A DNA stretch of 64,000 nt from an uncultured Chlamydiae bacterium (GTDB lineage Bacteria; Chlamydiota; Chlamydiia; Chlamydiales; Parachlamydiaceae): the NCBI GenBank assembly GCA_963754655.1, contig CAVWGN010000001.1:2019565-2083564 (forward strand), in the 5' to 3' direction. Shown piece by piece: positions 37,469 through 47,844 of the stretch. A program made the position numbers and the translations under genes. Positions within the stretch are counted from its first letter, which is position 1. The number at the start of each line of letters is the position of its first letter. The notes below the pieces were generated by a model. It searched no databases, was not told the origin of the DNA, and worked only from the letters and a program-made list of their open reading frames with translations.

Positions 37469-40099
37469 ATGGCTAACCAATTTACAGATAGTGTGACAGA
37501 AGCCTTACAAGCTGCTTTTGCTGAGGCTCAAAGGCGCAATCAAACCGAAGTGACAGAAAACCATCTTTTATGGGCTTTTTTACAAGATCCTCAAGGCTAT
37601 TTTAATTCTATTTTATCTAATCTAGGGACAAAACCTCAAACACTTTTACGTGAGGTCGAGCACAGCCTGGAGCATTTACCGACATTTACAGGAACAACAG
37701 CTCAGCCACCCACAGCCTCTCGCAACCTTCAAAGTCGAATTGCTGATGCCCAAAATATAGCGCAAAACTGGAAAGATTCTTATACAAGTAGCGACCACTT
37801 TTTAATTTCCTATTGGAAAAACGGAGGCGAACCTTTTGCTTCTTGGAAAAAGGAAACGAAGCTTTCGCTTAATCAAGTTGAAGAGCAAATTAAAAAAATT
37901 CGAGGTGATCGATCTATGGACTCTCCCGGAGCAGAATCAAATTTACAAGCGCTTGATAAATACTGCAAAAATTTAACAGAGCTTGCTCGCAAAGGGAAGC
38001 TTGATCCCGTTATTGGACGTGATGAAGAAATCCGGCGCACTATGCAAGTTTTAAGCCGTCGCACCAAAAACAATCCAATGTTAATTGGAGATCCAGGTGT
38101 AGGAAAAACAGCCATTGCCGAAGGGCTTGCCCAGCGCATTATCCAACAAGACGTGCCTGATTCTCTGAAAAATCGACAATTGCTCGCCTTGGATATGGGA
38201 AGTTTAATTGCAGGAACGAAATACCGGGGGGAATTTGAAGAACGCTTAAAAGGCATCTTGCAAGATATCGAGAAAAGCAATGGACAAATTCTTCTCTTTA
38301 TTGATGAAGTCCATACTCTGATTGGAGCAGGGGCAACAGAAGGAGCAATGGATGCCGCCAACTTACTCAAACCAGCTTTAGCAAGAGGAACTTTACACTG
38401 CATTGGTGCAACTACGCTCAATGAGTACCAAAAGTACATTGAGAGAGATGCAGCGCTTGAACGCCGTTTTCAACCCATTATGATCAACGAACCTAGCGTA
38501 GAAGATTCCATTGCCATTCTGCGTGGATTGCGCGAGCGATACGAAATTTTCCATGGCGTTCACATTACAGAATCTGCCATTCATGCCGCGGTCCTTTTAT
38601 CCTATCGCTACATTACTGATCGACGTTTGCCTGACAAAGCCATCGATCTGATTGACGAAGCGGCAAGCTTAATTCGCATGCAATTGGGTAGTCGTCCTCT
38701 TCCTATTGATAACAAAGAACGCGAACTCGCAACCCTAATTGTTGAACAAGAGGCAATGAAGCGTGAAAATACTCCTTTGGCTAAAAATGAAGTTGAAAAA
38801 CTCGAGGGGCGCATTGCGAAGATCAAAGAAGAGTTAAGCATTCTGCGCCAACAATGGGAACAGGAAAAGAAGATCATTGAAGCTCTAAAGGAAAAAAAGG
38901 ATCAATTAGAGAAACTTCGTTTTCAAGAAGAAGAAGCAGACCGCAAAGCCGATTACAATCGCGTGGCTGAATTACGCTATAATAGCATTCCCAAGCTGCA
39001 AAAGGACATTGAACAGCTTCAACAGCAATTGAATGAAAAACCCAATCGCCTTTTACAAGAAGAAGTAGATGAACACCTCATTGCCCAAATTGTTGCAAAA
39101 TGGACTGGCATCCCTGTCCACAAGATGTTGGAAGGAGAAGCCGAACGGCTTTTGCATCTTGAAAAAGAAATTGAAAAGCGCGTAGTAGGACAAGACCTAG
39201 CTGTCAAGGCTGTTTGCGAAGCAATTAGACGCTCAAGATCAGGCTTGAGCGATCCTAATAGACCCATGGGAGCCTTTCTCTTTTTAGGTCCTACAGGCGT
39301 TGGAAAAACTGAATTAGCCAAAGCACTTGCTTTTCAACTATTCAATCAAGAAGAAGCATTGATTCGGGTTGATATGTCTGAATACATGGAAAAGCACACT
39401 GTTTCCAAACTCATAGGCTCTCCTCCCGGATATATTGGCTATGAAGAAGGAGGACAGCTAACGGAAGCTTTGCGCCGTCGGGCCTATTCTGTTGTGTTGT
39501 TCGATGAAATTGAGAAGGCACATCATGATGTCTTTAACATTCTGCTACAAGTCTTCGATGATGGTCGTTTAACTGATAGCAAGGGGCGAGTCGTTAACTG
39601 CAAAAATGCCTTGTTCATCATGACGTCGAATTTAGGATCTGATCGCCTCTTAGAAGCCATAGAGCGCATTCATAAAAACTTGAATAAGGATGAAATTATG
39701 CTGATCCTAGACCCGGTGATTAAGAACCATTTTCGGCCTGAATTCATCAATCGCCTTGACGACATTTTACCGTTCTTGCCTCTACGCGAACAAGATATGG
39801 AAAAAATCGTCACGATTCAACTCCATCTCCTTGCCAAGCGATTGCATAGCCGGGATGTGGAATTGGGCTGGACACCTCAAGTTTTAGCCCATTTAGCCAC
39901 AGAAGGATATGATCCTGCATTTGGCGCTCGTCCCCTCAAACGTTATATTCAGCAAGAAGTAGTGAATAAGCTTTCATCCGCCATTTTAGAAGGTAAAATT
40001 CCACCCAAGAGCAAGGTGAAGCTAGAATTAAGTCAACAGGAAATAACCTTTAAAGTGACTCATGGAAAGGTTACAGATGACGAAATGAACGACGGATAA
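37469..40099 (+). CDS. clpB: Disaggregase chaperone ClpB
   Basis: 876 aa. Two AAA+ modules (GDPGVGKTAI and GPTGVGKTEL) with a long coiled-coil middle domain between them. Confidence 0.98.
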   Translation: MANQFTDSVTEALQAAFAEAQRRNQTEVTENHLLWAFLQDPQGYFNSILSNLGTKPQTLLREVEHSLEHLPTFTGTTAQPPTASRNLQSRIADAQNIAQNWKDSYTSSDHFLISYWKNGGEPFASWKKETKLSLNQVEEQIKKIRGDRSMDSPGAESNLQALDKYCKNLTELARKGKLDPVIGRDEEIRRTMQVLSRRTKNNPMLIGDPGVGKTAIAEGLAQRIIQQDVPDSLKNRQLLALDMGSLIAGTKYRGEFEERLKGILQDIEKSNGQILLFIDEVHTLIGAGATEGAMDAANLLKPALARGTLHCIGATTLNEYQKYIERDAALERRFQPIMINEPSVEDSIAILRGLRERYEIFHGVHITESAIHAAVLLSYRYITDRRLPDKAIDLIDEAASLIRMQLGSRPLPIDNKERELATLIVEQEAMKRENTPLAKNEVEKLEGRIAKIKEELSILRQQWEQEKKIIEALKEKKDQLEKLRFQEEEADRKADYNRVAELRYNSIPKLQKDIEQLQQQLNEKPNRLLQEEVDEHLIAQIVAKWTGIPVHKMLEGEAERLLHLEKEIEKRVVGQDLAVKAVCEAIRRSRSGLSDPNRPMGAFLFLGPTGVGKTELAKALAFQLFNQEEALIRVDMSEYMEKHTVSKLIGSPPGYIGYEEGGQLTEALRRRAYSVVLFDEIEKAHHDVFNILLQVFDDGRLTDSKGRVVNCKNALFIMTSNLGSDRLLEAIERIHKNLNKDEIMLILDPVIKNHFRPEFINRLDDILPFLPLREQDMEKIVTIQLHLLAKRLHSRDVELGWTPQVLAHLATEGYDPAFGARPLKRYIQQEVVNKLSSAILEGKIPPKSKVKLELSQQEITFKVTHGKVTDDEMNDG

Positions 40100-40601
40100 C
40101 TTTGCGTAAAATGTCATCGTTAACCAATTCCCCTTTTAATGAAAAGTAAAGGGCAAGTAATCCAAGGCCTAAGGTAGGACTGATTAATCCAAGCATAAAA
40201 CCAAATCCAGCAACAAAGGTATTTATGACAATCTTCCAAAAACTTCGTAAACCTTGATTAAGACCTCGATTTTGAAATAAAGACAAGGTTGCAAGAACGG
40301 TCAAAGCAATTGACCAAAGAAGCATTCCTAATCCAAATACAAAGCAAAAAATGAGTCCTAACAAACAAATAAAACGCAATGAAACAGGCCCTTTTGAAGA
40401 TTTCGTTTGTTCTTTTTTGGCCTGGGAGGAGCCATTAGGCTTGTTAGAAGAATCAGACTCAAAATGGGTATATTGAATTTTTCCGGGACGATCATCAATC
40501 AGAATAAATTCAGGACGCTTAAATTGAGGTTTTTCCTCTTCTGTATCACCACCCTGATGAGAAAAATCCTCTTCTTGGGGGAAAAGTGGAGTATTTGACA
40601 T
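40071..40601 (-). CDS. Hypothetical membrane protein with two paired hydrophobic lobes
   Basis: 176 aa. The polar N-terminus is followed by FICLLGLIFCFVFGLGMLLWSIALTVLATLSLF and IVINTFVAGFGFMLGLISPTLGLGLLALYF. Its 3' end overlaps the clpB 3' end by 29 nt (convergent). Confidence 0.5.
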   Translation of the reverse strand: MSNTPLFPQEEDFSHQGGDTEEEKPQFKRPEFILIDDRPGKIQYTHFESDSSNKPNGSSQAKKEQTKSSKGPVSLRFICLLGLIFCFVFGLGMLLWSIALTVLATLSLFQNRGLNQGLRSFWKIVINTFVAGFGFMLGLISPTLGLGLLALYFSLKGELVNDDILRKVIRRSFRHL

Positions 40602-40707
40602 GAAATAATCCTAATAATTTCACTCTAAAGACTATACAATTATATTAACATATTTAAAGATGAAATTCAATGAATTAAAATTTAAAATCTGAAGATGAAT
40701 CTAGGCA

Positions 40708-42105
40708 TTATCTTTTAAATTTAATTTTATTAATGCCATTGAGCGCTGCAATACGATATCCCTCAGCATAAGTGGGATAATTGAATACATGATCAATAAA
40801 GTAATCGAGATGGGCTCGCAAACTAATGGCCATTTGCCCGATATGAACCACTTCGGTAGCATTACGGCCAATGACATGGATCCCTAAGATTTCAAGAGTT
40901 TCTGAATGAAAAAGAATTTTAAAAAGCCCTGAATTACTTCCTGCGATATGACTTCTTGCAATTTCATAGAAATGTGCCCTTCCTACTTCATAGTGAAATC
41001 CCCAAGCCTTTAATTCTTCTTCCGTATAACCACAAGAGGAAATTTCGGGAATTGTATAAATTCCAATAGGATAAAAAGTGGGAAAATGGTGGGTTTGAAC
41101 GCCACAGGCATGGCGTGCGGCCAATCGCCCTTGTTCCATACTTGTCGAGGCCAAGCACGGGCCCCCAATGACATCTCCGACCGCGTAAATAGAAGGCACC
41201 ACTGTTTGAAATAGGGCGTTGACAGGAATGTATCCTTTAACATCTACTTTAATTCCTGTATTTTCAAGATGTAAAGCCTCAACATTTGCTGTGCGCCCTA
41301 GAGCATAAAGTAACACATCTGCCTCTAAAGTTGAGCCATCTTTAAAACGAACAAAAGCATGATTATCTTGGCGTAAAATTTGAATAGGTTCTTTTTTTCC
41401 TTTAAACTTAAGTCCAATATCAGTCAACGCTGTTTGCAGATGAATTCCAATTTCTGCATCTAACATAGGCAACATGTGTTCTTTGCGGTCAATGACAGTG
41501 ACTTCTGTTCCCAATGCAGCAAAAAAACTGGCATATTCAGATCCAATCACCCCTCCTCCTAAGACAATCATGCTTTTGGGAACTTTTCCAATTCCCAATA
41601 AAGTTGTTGAATCCAAAATGACCTCGCGGTCAAAAGGAACATCGGAAGGATTGCGAGGATTAGAGCCAGTCGCAATAACAAAAAACTCCGCCTTAATTTG
41701 GTATTTAAGACGAAAATCCCTATCCACCACAATGAGGGTATTTTGATTCTCAAAGCGAGCAGAGCCTTGAAGAAATTGAATATTATTCTTTTTGAATTGC
41801 CTTGAAATAATATTGCGCTCTTCTTGTATCACAGCATGGAGACGGTAATTGAGGTCATCAATTGTCACTTCTGATCGAATCTGCTCACGTCCCTCAAAGT
41901 GACGATCATAAAACCGAGTTAAATCGACAACCGCTTCTCTAAATGTTTTAGAAGGCATCGTACCGGAATAGAGACAAGCTCCTCCTGGATCAGGATCTTT
42001 TTCAACGACAATGACCCGTTTCCCCAATTTTGCTGCTTGAATGGCAGCTTTTTGACCTGATGGACCCGATCCAATCACAACCATATCTACTTTAAAATGT
42101 TCCAT
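40708..42105 (-). CDS. sthA: Soluble pyridine nucleotide transhydrogenase-like flavoprotein (SthA/UdhA type)
   Basis: 465 aa. FAD motif VVIGSGPSGQKAA. The active-site region GGACLYSGTMPSK has only one Cys, as in SthA and unlike Lpd. A second Rossmann motif is VLGGGVIGSEYA. Confidence 0.8.
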   Translation of the reverse strand: MEHFKVDMVVIGSGPSGQKAAIQAAKLGKRVIVVEKDPDPGGACLYSGTMPSKTFREAVVDLTRFYDRHFEGREQIRSEVTIDDLNYRLHAVIQEERNIISRQFKKNNIQFLQGSARFENQNTLIVVDRDFRLKYQIKAEFFVIATGSNPRNPSDVPFDREVILDSTTLLGIGKVPKSMIVLGGGVIGSEYASFFAALGTEVTVIDRKEHMLPMLDAEIGIHLQTALTDIGLKFKGKKEPIQILRQDNHAFVRFKDGSTLEADVLLYALGRTANVEALHLENTGIKVDVKGYIPVNALFQTVVPSIYAVGDVIGGPCLASTSMEQGRLAARHACGVQTHHFPTFYPIGIYTIPEISSCGYTEEELKAWGFHYEVGRAHFYEIARSHIAGSNSGLFKILFHSETLEILGIHVIGRNATEVVHIGQMAISLRAHLDYFIDHVFNYPTYAEGYRIAALNGINKIKFKR

Positions 42106-42337
42106 ATTCTATCCTAGAACTAAGGGCTTTATCGCTGAAGTTCGATCTATACATACACTCTACATACATAGAAAACGACTAATTTTCAACACAACTTATA
42201 AATAAAATATTTAGTTGAAAATTTCTATTAATTTCTTGATTTCTATTTTGATTAAACCTTTGTAATTTATCACTTACTCAGTAATTGCTAATTAATTCTT
42301 AAAAATTTATAATAAAGTTGTATTATTTGAAGGATTT

Positions 42338-42781
42338 ATGCCTAAAGTCAACTTTTCTAAAGTCGAAAAATCTTTTGATAGGGCTTTACAAAAGCTCGTC
42401 ATTGATTATCTTTCCGAATTGGCAACGATTGCTGACGTAATTCAAGATCCAAAAGCTAATATAACAAGCAAAGCAATTGGAGAAATTATTGAGCGTTTTC
42501 AGAAGGAATTAAAAAAACTCAAGAAACGAGATCCTAAATTGTTTGAAAGGTTAAATCTTTTACCTGAAGAAGAGCAGCGTTTTGACCTTTCAGCACATGA
42601 ATATTTGCAAGAAGATTGGCTTCGTTTAAAGACATTAAAATTACGTATTGACGAATTAAAGCATGAATTATATGGACAAGAGCACCTAGATGCCAAAAAT
42701 GAAGCTCAAGTTGTCAAAGAACGTCGGCGCCACATCAATAAGCGCTTCAATATTCGAGAAGGGTGGCTTCCGTTACATTGA
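42338..42781 (+). CDS. Hypothetical coiled-coil protein
   Basis: 147-aa ORF, charged and helical, with no recognisable motif. Confidence 0.5.
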   Translation: MPKVNFSKVEKSFDRALQKLVIDYLSELATIADVIQDPKANITSKAIGEIIERFQKELKKLKKRDPKLFERLNLLPEEEQRFDLSAHEYLQEDWLRLKTLKLRIDELKHELYGQEHLDAKNEAQVVKERRRHINKRFNIREGWLPLH

Positions 42782-42910
42782 ATTTAGGTCATTAGACCGT
42801 GGGATAGATCCATTCATTTCTCTTCAAATTACCTATTTTTAAACTTGTCTTTTAAGTTTCTTTCTGCTACATTTCCTATTTTATTTGTTGATCGCTATTG
42901 GAGAAACATT

Positions 42911-43186
42911 ATGTCAAAAGTATGTCAAGTTACAGGCAAAAAGGCCTCTCGGGGTTATAAATATGCTATTCGCGGTATTGCCAAGAAGCAGAAAGGGATT
43001 GGTCTTAAGGTCACTGGTAAGACAAAGCGCCGCTTTCAACCTAACCTCTTCAAGAAGAGGATTTGGTTTGCTGATGAAAATCGGTTTGTTAGCCTTAAGC
43101 TATCTACAGCAGCTATGAGAACGATTGATCGTCGAGGCATAGCCACTGTTGTACGTGAAATGCGCGCAAGGGGCGAATCCGTCTAA
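42911..43186 (+). CDS. rpmB: 50S ribosomal protein L28
   Basis: MSKVCQVTGKKASRGYKYAIRGIAKKQKGIG...FQPNLFKKRIWF is L28-like. ggag RBS precedes the ATG at 42911; the upstream extension in the ORF track is rejected. Confidence 0.92.
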   Translation: MSKVCQVTGKKASRGYKYAIRGIAKKQKGIGLKVTGKTKRRFQPNLFKKRIWFADENRFVSLKLSTAAMRTIDRRGIATVVREMRARGESV

Positions 43187-43424
43187 CTTATCGCAAACGC
43201 GAGCCTAATTTAAGCCTTTAGTTTTTGATTTAAGCTAAAGGCTTCTTTTTCTTTATAGATTTTGTTGAAATAAACTAATAACGATTTTAAACGAAAAAAC
43301 CTCTAAGTTTCCGCTCAGAATCAACGCACGACAATCCCATGCGGATTTGATGCCATGCAGTCCAATCATATGGGCTTAAAATATTTCGCCGCTTCGCTCT
43401 ATCTCCTAGTAGGTTTAGCCTATT

Positions 43425-44210
43425 GGGAGTGCTTGAAAGCTCCGGGCTAGGGTGTTCATTTTGTGCAAAAAATGAGCTTTATTTTTCACAATAATTGGCA
43501 TAATTAAATTGAAGGTCGCATGTTTATGCCGTCCTTTCAGGACTCGATGTCTTTTTGATAGAACCCAGGCCTCCGCTTCGCTGCGGCCTGGGTTGTAACA
43601 TGACGGCCCTTCAGGCCTTAACAAAAAGATGATTTAGGGACTATAGAAGAGGGACTTAAACACCTCTTGTTAAGGCCTGAAGGGCCGTCATGTTACAGCC
43701 CAGGTCGCAGCGAAGCGGAGGCCTGGGTTCTATCAAAAAGACATCGAGTCCTGAAAGGACGGCCCTTCAGGCCTTAACAAAAAAGATGATTTAGGGACTA
43801 TAGAAGAGGGACTTAAACATCTCTTGTTAAGGCCTGAAGGGCCGTCATGTTACAGCCCAGGTCGCAGCGAAGCGGAGGCCTGGGTTCTATCAAAAAGACA
43901 TCGAGTCCTGAAAGGACGGCCCTTCAGGCCTTAACAAAAAGATGATTTAGGGACTATAGAAGAGGGACTTAAACATCTCTTGTTAAGGCCTGAAGGGCCG
44001 TCATGTTACAACCCAGGTCGCAGCGAAGCGGAGGCCTGGGTTCTATCAAAAAGACATCGAGTCCTGAAAGGACGGCATAAACATGCGACCTTCAATTTAA
44101 CTATGCCAATTATTGTGAAAAATAAAGCTCATTTTTTGCACAAAATGAACACCCTAGTCCCGGGGCTTTGAAGAGTCTAAATACACAAAACTAGTGTGGT
44201 TGAGTACTAG
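43425..44210. repeat. Large modular palindrome, copy 3 (expanded; degenerate left outer arm; right terminus abuts/overlaps metG stop)
   Basis: Same core, spacer and outer modules as copy 2. The right end is ...ctagtgtggttgagtactag at 44191-44210. Confidence 0.9.
43605..44073. repeat. Three tandem copies of a 156-157-nt unit inside palindrome copy 3
   Basis: The unit ggcccttcaggccttaac-spacer-ttaaggcctgaagggccgtcatgttacagcccaggtcgcagcgaagcggaggcctgggttctatcaaaaagacatcgagtcctgaaaggac starts at 43605, 43761 and 43918. Confidence 0.9.
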
Positions 44211-46276
44211 CTTACTTCGCTTCCAGGCGGGCAATGTTCCACCTGAACTAATTCAAAGCCTTCTGCATATTTCGCTGCAAGCAGCATCCCCTCACTTTGA
44301 ACTCCCATTAAACTGGCAGGCTGCAAATTAGCTACAAGGACAATGCGGCGTCCAATTAAATTTTCTGGTCGATAACTTTCGCCAATTCCTGACACAATCG
44401 TCCGCTCTTCTAAACCAATGTCTACTGTTAGCTTAAGCAGTTTTTTGCTTTTTGGAACAGGCTCCGCCTGTCGAATGATGCCAATGCGCAAATCCAATTT
44501 GCGTACATCTTCAATGCTGATTGCAGATTTTAAGGGTGGGATAGAGAGAGCTAAGGGGGCCGCTGAAGGCTTCTGTTCCTTGGTTGCTTGCGCTGCAGAA
44601 AGTTGTTGTAGTTTTTGAATTTCTTCTTCAATTTGGCTATCTTCCACTTTTTGAAACAAAATCTTGGGAGCTAGAATAGCTTGTCCTTTTGGAAATTTCT
44701 CAGAAAGAATAAGCGACCAACCTCTTTTCTCCAATGAGTCTTGGTAACCCAGCATCTTCCAAACACGTTCGGCAGTCGCGGGAATAATAGGGAATGAAAT
44801 GAGAGCTAATGTTTTTAAACACTCTAGGCAACAAGCCAGCGTCGTTTCCATGCGCATACGCGTCTCTTCTTGCTTTGCATCCTGCCAAGGACGTTTGCTA
44901 TCAAAGTAGATATTTCCAAGTTGTGCCAATTCCATGACAAACTGACTAGCTCTGCGCAACTTAAATTGTTCATAGCTTTCAGCTACCTGGCGAGCAATTC
45001 CTTGAATATTCTGAAGAAAGTCTTGATCGATCGACTCTAAAGATTGCGCAGTAGGAGTGATTCCTTGGCACTGATTTTGAATAAAAACTAAAACACGATT
45101 CACTAAATTGCCATATTTTCCTAGCAATTCCCCATTACAACGATGCTGAAAATCTTTCCAAGTAAATTCGCTATCAGCTGTTTCAGGAGCGTTGGATGCA
45201 ATGGTATAGCGAATTTGATCCGTTGTATAGCGCTTAAAGAAATCTTCCAAATCAATATACCAACCGTCTGATTTACTGAATTGCCTTCCTTCCAAGTTAT
45301 AAAATTCATTTGCGGGCAATTCATCAACAAGCTTATAAGGCAGATTTTGTCCCATTTCCATTGCAGGGAAAATAGAAGCATGAAAGGGAATGTTATCTTT
45401 TCCAATAAATTGAACTAATTTTGTATGGGGATCAAACCAATAGTCCTTCCAACGATCTGGCTGCTGAATGTTTAGCGCCCATTCTTTAGTGGCGGAAATA
45501 TAACCAATGGGAGCATCAAACCAAACATAGAGGACTTTACCTTCTGCATCAGGCAAAGGAACAGGAATTCCCCAAGTCATATCACGAGTAATAGCCCTTG
45601 GATGTAAGTTCTCGATATAATCCTTGATGAAATTAATAACATTGGGTTTCCAATGTTTGCCCTCCAGCCAAGATTTTAGTCGGTCCTTAAACAGATCCAA
45701 TCGCAAAAACCAATGCTTAGTAGGCTTAAGAACTAAGGGAGAGTTGGTAAGTTTAGAGCGTGGATTTTTTAACTCAGTTGCATCATAACTCGCTCCACAA
45801 CGCGGACATTCATCTCCACGAGCATTCTCAAAACTACAACGCGGACAGGTTCCCGCTACATAGCGATCTGCCAAGAACTTATGATCCCTCTCTGAATAGA
45901 GCTGACCAGTCGTACGCGGTTCGATATAACCATTGGCAAGCAAATCTAAAAAGAATTGATGAGTAGGTTCTATATGTCCTTCCCAAGAGGTGCGAGAATA
46001 ATGATCAAACGAAATCTGCAATTTCTCAAAAAAGTTGCGATTCACTTGATGGAAAATATCGACATGTTCTTTAGGACTTCTTTTAGCCAAATCGGCACTA
46101 AGAGTAATGGCAATGCCATATTCATCCGAGCCGCAAATGTATACAACATCTTGCTTCATGAGGCGCTGAAAACGAACATAGCAATCAGCAGGAAGATAAG
46201 CACCTGCAATATGGCCAAAATGTAGCGGACCATTCGCATAGGGAAGGGCGGATGTAACAAGAATTTTTTGTGTCAT
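44207..46276 (-). CDS. metG: Methionine--tRNA ligase with C-terminal tRNA-binding (EMAP/Trbp111-like) domain
   Basis: 689 aa. HIGH-type motif PYANGPLHFGHIAG, a zinc knuckle CPRC...CPRC, KMSKS-type FSKSDG, and a C-terminal OB-fold (LDLRIGIIRQAEPVPKSKKLLKLTVDIG). Confidence 0.97.
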   Translation of the reverse strand: MTQKILVTSALPYANGPLHFGHIAGAYLPADCYVRFQRLMKQDVVYICGSDEYGIAITLSADLAKRSPKEHVDIFHQVNRNFFEKLQISFDHYSRTSWEGHIEPTHQFFLDLLANGYIEPRTTGQLYSERDHKFLADRYVAGTCPRCSFENARGDECPRCGASYDATELKNPRSKLTNSPLVLKPTKHWFLRLDLFKDRLKSWLEGKHWKPNVINFIKDYIENLHPRAITRDMTWGIPVPLPDAEGKVLYVWFDAPIGYISATKEWALNIQQPDRWKDYWFDPHTKLVQFIGKDNIPFHASIFPAMEMGQNLPYKLVDELPANEFYNLEGRQFSKSDGWYIDLEDFFKRYTTDQIRYTIASNAPETADSEFTWKDFQHRCNGELLGKYGNLVNRVLVFIQNQCQGITPTAQSLESIDQDFLQNIQGIARQVAESYEQFKLRRASQFVMELAQLGNIYFDSKRPWQDAKQEETRMRMETTLACCLECLKTLALISFPIIPATAERVWKMLGYQDSLEKRGWSLILSEKFPKGQAILAPKILFQKVEDSQIEEEIQKLQQLSAAQATKEQKPSAAPLALSIPPLKSAISIEDVRKLDLRIGIIRQAEPVPKSKKLLKLTVDIGLEERTIVSGIGESYRPENLIGRRIVLVANLQPASLMGVQSEGMLLAAKYAEGFELVQVEHCPPGSEVS

Positions 46277-46863
46277 TTGATGGGTTTTTGTACGATTAAT
46301 AATTCAAAATCAGTTCCTGGAACCACTTGCCAGCCTAACAAGATTTTTGTCTCCAAATCAACATATAAGGGTCCAGGTTTTGTATAGGCATACTCCGATT
46401 CAATCCCTCGCGGAGCAGGAGTAGGAGAACATTCTGCTATTTGGAACCTCTCTAAAGTCCCATGGACCTCTCGAACAGCATCTTGTTGATCTTTACTCAA
46501 GCTGCCCCAAGAAATCCAATTACCGGGATAGCGCTTTTGCAGGAAAGTCCAATCGAGTTTAATGGTATCAAACCACGTGACACAATCCTGGAAAATGCGA
46601 CCTGTTTCTCGACAGAAAGCAGCTCGACTTAATTTAAAAATGCGATTGTCATACTGATGAAAATCATATAAATAGCGCAAAATGCGTTCAGCTGAATAAT
46701 AAGAAATTTCCGTTGTACGTCGCAAAGGAACTCCTGTATAGGGACTAACAGATTGAGAGCGTTGCGTAATTCGCCACCCTATCCAAAATAATAAGGCAAG
46801 AAAAGCGAATGATAGCAAAATCAATACTGCAAACAGAATGACCCAAAGCCCCTCTTCTCCCAT
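46273..46863 (-). CDS. Hypothetical membrane-anchored protein
   Basis: 196 aa with an N-terminal TM segment (LWVILFAVLILLSFAFLALLFWIGW). Its stop overlaps the metG start by 4 nt (ATGA), which suggests co-transcription. Confidence 0.6.
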   Translation of the reverse strand: MGEEGLWVILFAVLILLSFAFLALLFWIGWRITQRSQSVSPYTGVPLRRTTEISYYSAERILRYLYDFHQYDNRIFKLSRAAFCRETGRIFQDCVTWFDTIKLDWTFLQKRYPGNWISWGSLSKDQQDAVREVHGTLERFQIAECSPTPAPRGIESEYAYTKPGPLYVDLETKILLGWQVVPGTDFELLIVQKPIK

Positions 46864-46877
46864 AAGAGTGTCGTCTC

Positions 46878-47213
46878 CTATTTTTCTCCCTCAAACGCCT
46901 CAGCTGCCCGATACTTACGTTTTTCTGCACGCTCTTCATAGATGCTGGGTTGTGAACTTACACCATTTAAACCAGGTTCAGAACCGGTAGAGGAAGTGGT
47001 GATTTTAATTTCATCGAACTGATCTTTTCCTTCATGAATTTCTTCCAAAATCAACATCGCGCGATTTTGAATTTCAGATTTAACACGCGCATCACGGCCG
47101 GTTTTAATCATATTTTCTGCCAAGCTAATAGCATAACTCACAAGATCAAAACTACTCTTAAATTTTTTTATTATTTCTTCATTGGTTAAATGAACTTTAC
47201 CTTTTTTTTCCAT
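46878..47213 (-). CDS. rpoZ: DNA-directed RNA polymerase subunit omega
   Basis: 111 aa. KKFKSSFDLVSYAISLAENMIKTGRDARVKSEIQNRAMLILEEIHEGK aligns with the E. coli RpoZ pattern GNRFDLVLVAARRARQ...G.D.LV....K..VIALREIEEG. It lies immediately downstream of gmk, as in many bacteria. Confidence 0.7.
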   Translation of the reverse strand: MEKKGKVHLTNEEIIKKFKSSFDLVSYAISLAENMIKTGRDARVKSEIQNRAMLILEEIHEGKDQFDEIKITTSSTGSEPGLNGVSSQPSIYEERAEKRKYRAAEAFEGEK

Positions 47214-47238
47214 TTTTTCTCCTTAATTATTCATTTAT

Positions 47239-47835
47239 TTATTTCTTATGGCGTATTCGATGACACTCGGCAATAAAAATACTTTTGAGGATTTGGTAAG
47301 CAATATCGAGATCATCATTAATCAATTGGTAATCATATTGCTGAACTGCTTCAAGTTCCCTTTTGGCCCATTCCAACCGTTTTTTCATCATTTCAGAGCT
47401 CTCCGATTGCCTTTGCGTTAAACGGGTTCGCAAGACTTCAATAGAGGGAGGCCGGATAAAAATTAAGGTAGCTGGAATTTTTCCCTTCAGCTGTAAGGCT
47501 CCTTGCGTATCAATGACTAAAACAACATGCTTGCCTTTTTGTTGTTGCTCTTTAATCCATTGATGAGAGGTGCCATAATAAGTTCCATACAGTTTCACAT
47601 GTTCCAGAAAATCATTCGCAGCAATTTTAGCTACGAATTCTGAATCCGTGATAAAATGATAGTGTACTCCTTCAATTTCCCCTTCCCGAGGTAGACGCGT
47701 TGTATAAGAAATACTGGCTATAATTGAGGGAAATTCATGCACTAATCTTTGCACAAGTGTCGTTTTTCCAGTTCCTGCAGGGGCGCTCACAATAAAGACT
47801 AAACCTTCATTTGTTTCACCCAGCAGCGATGTCAT
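47239..47835 (-). CDS. gmk: Guanylate kinase
   Basis: 198 aa. P-loop VSAPAGTGKTTLV, TTRLPREGEIEGVHYHF, and a lid region. Confidence 0.95.
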   Translation of the reverse strand: MTSLLGETNEGLVFIVSAPAGTGKTTLVQRLVHEFPSIIASISYTTRLPREGEIEGVHYHFITDSEFVAKIAANDFLEHVKLYGTYYGTSHQWIKEQQQKGKHVVLVIDTQGALQLKGKIPATLIFIRPPSIEVLRTRLTQRQSESSEMMKKRLEWAKRELEAVQQYDYQLINDDLDIAYQILKSIFIAECHRIRHKK

Positions 47836-47844
47836 AGAAATGAA

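Noticed and set aside
37873-39321. Antisense ORFs of 60-190 aa inside clpB (and similar ones inside ispG, metG, sthA, sctV, copN and malQ)
   Set aside because: They are fully embedded opposite well-supported conserved genes. They have no RBS or recognisable motifs, and their composition is typical of antisense frames.
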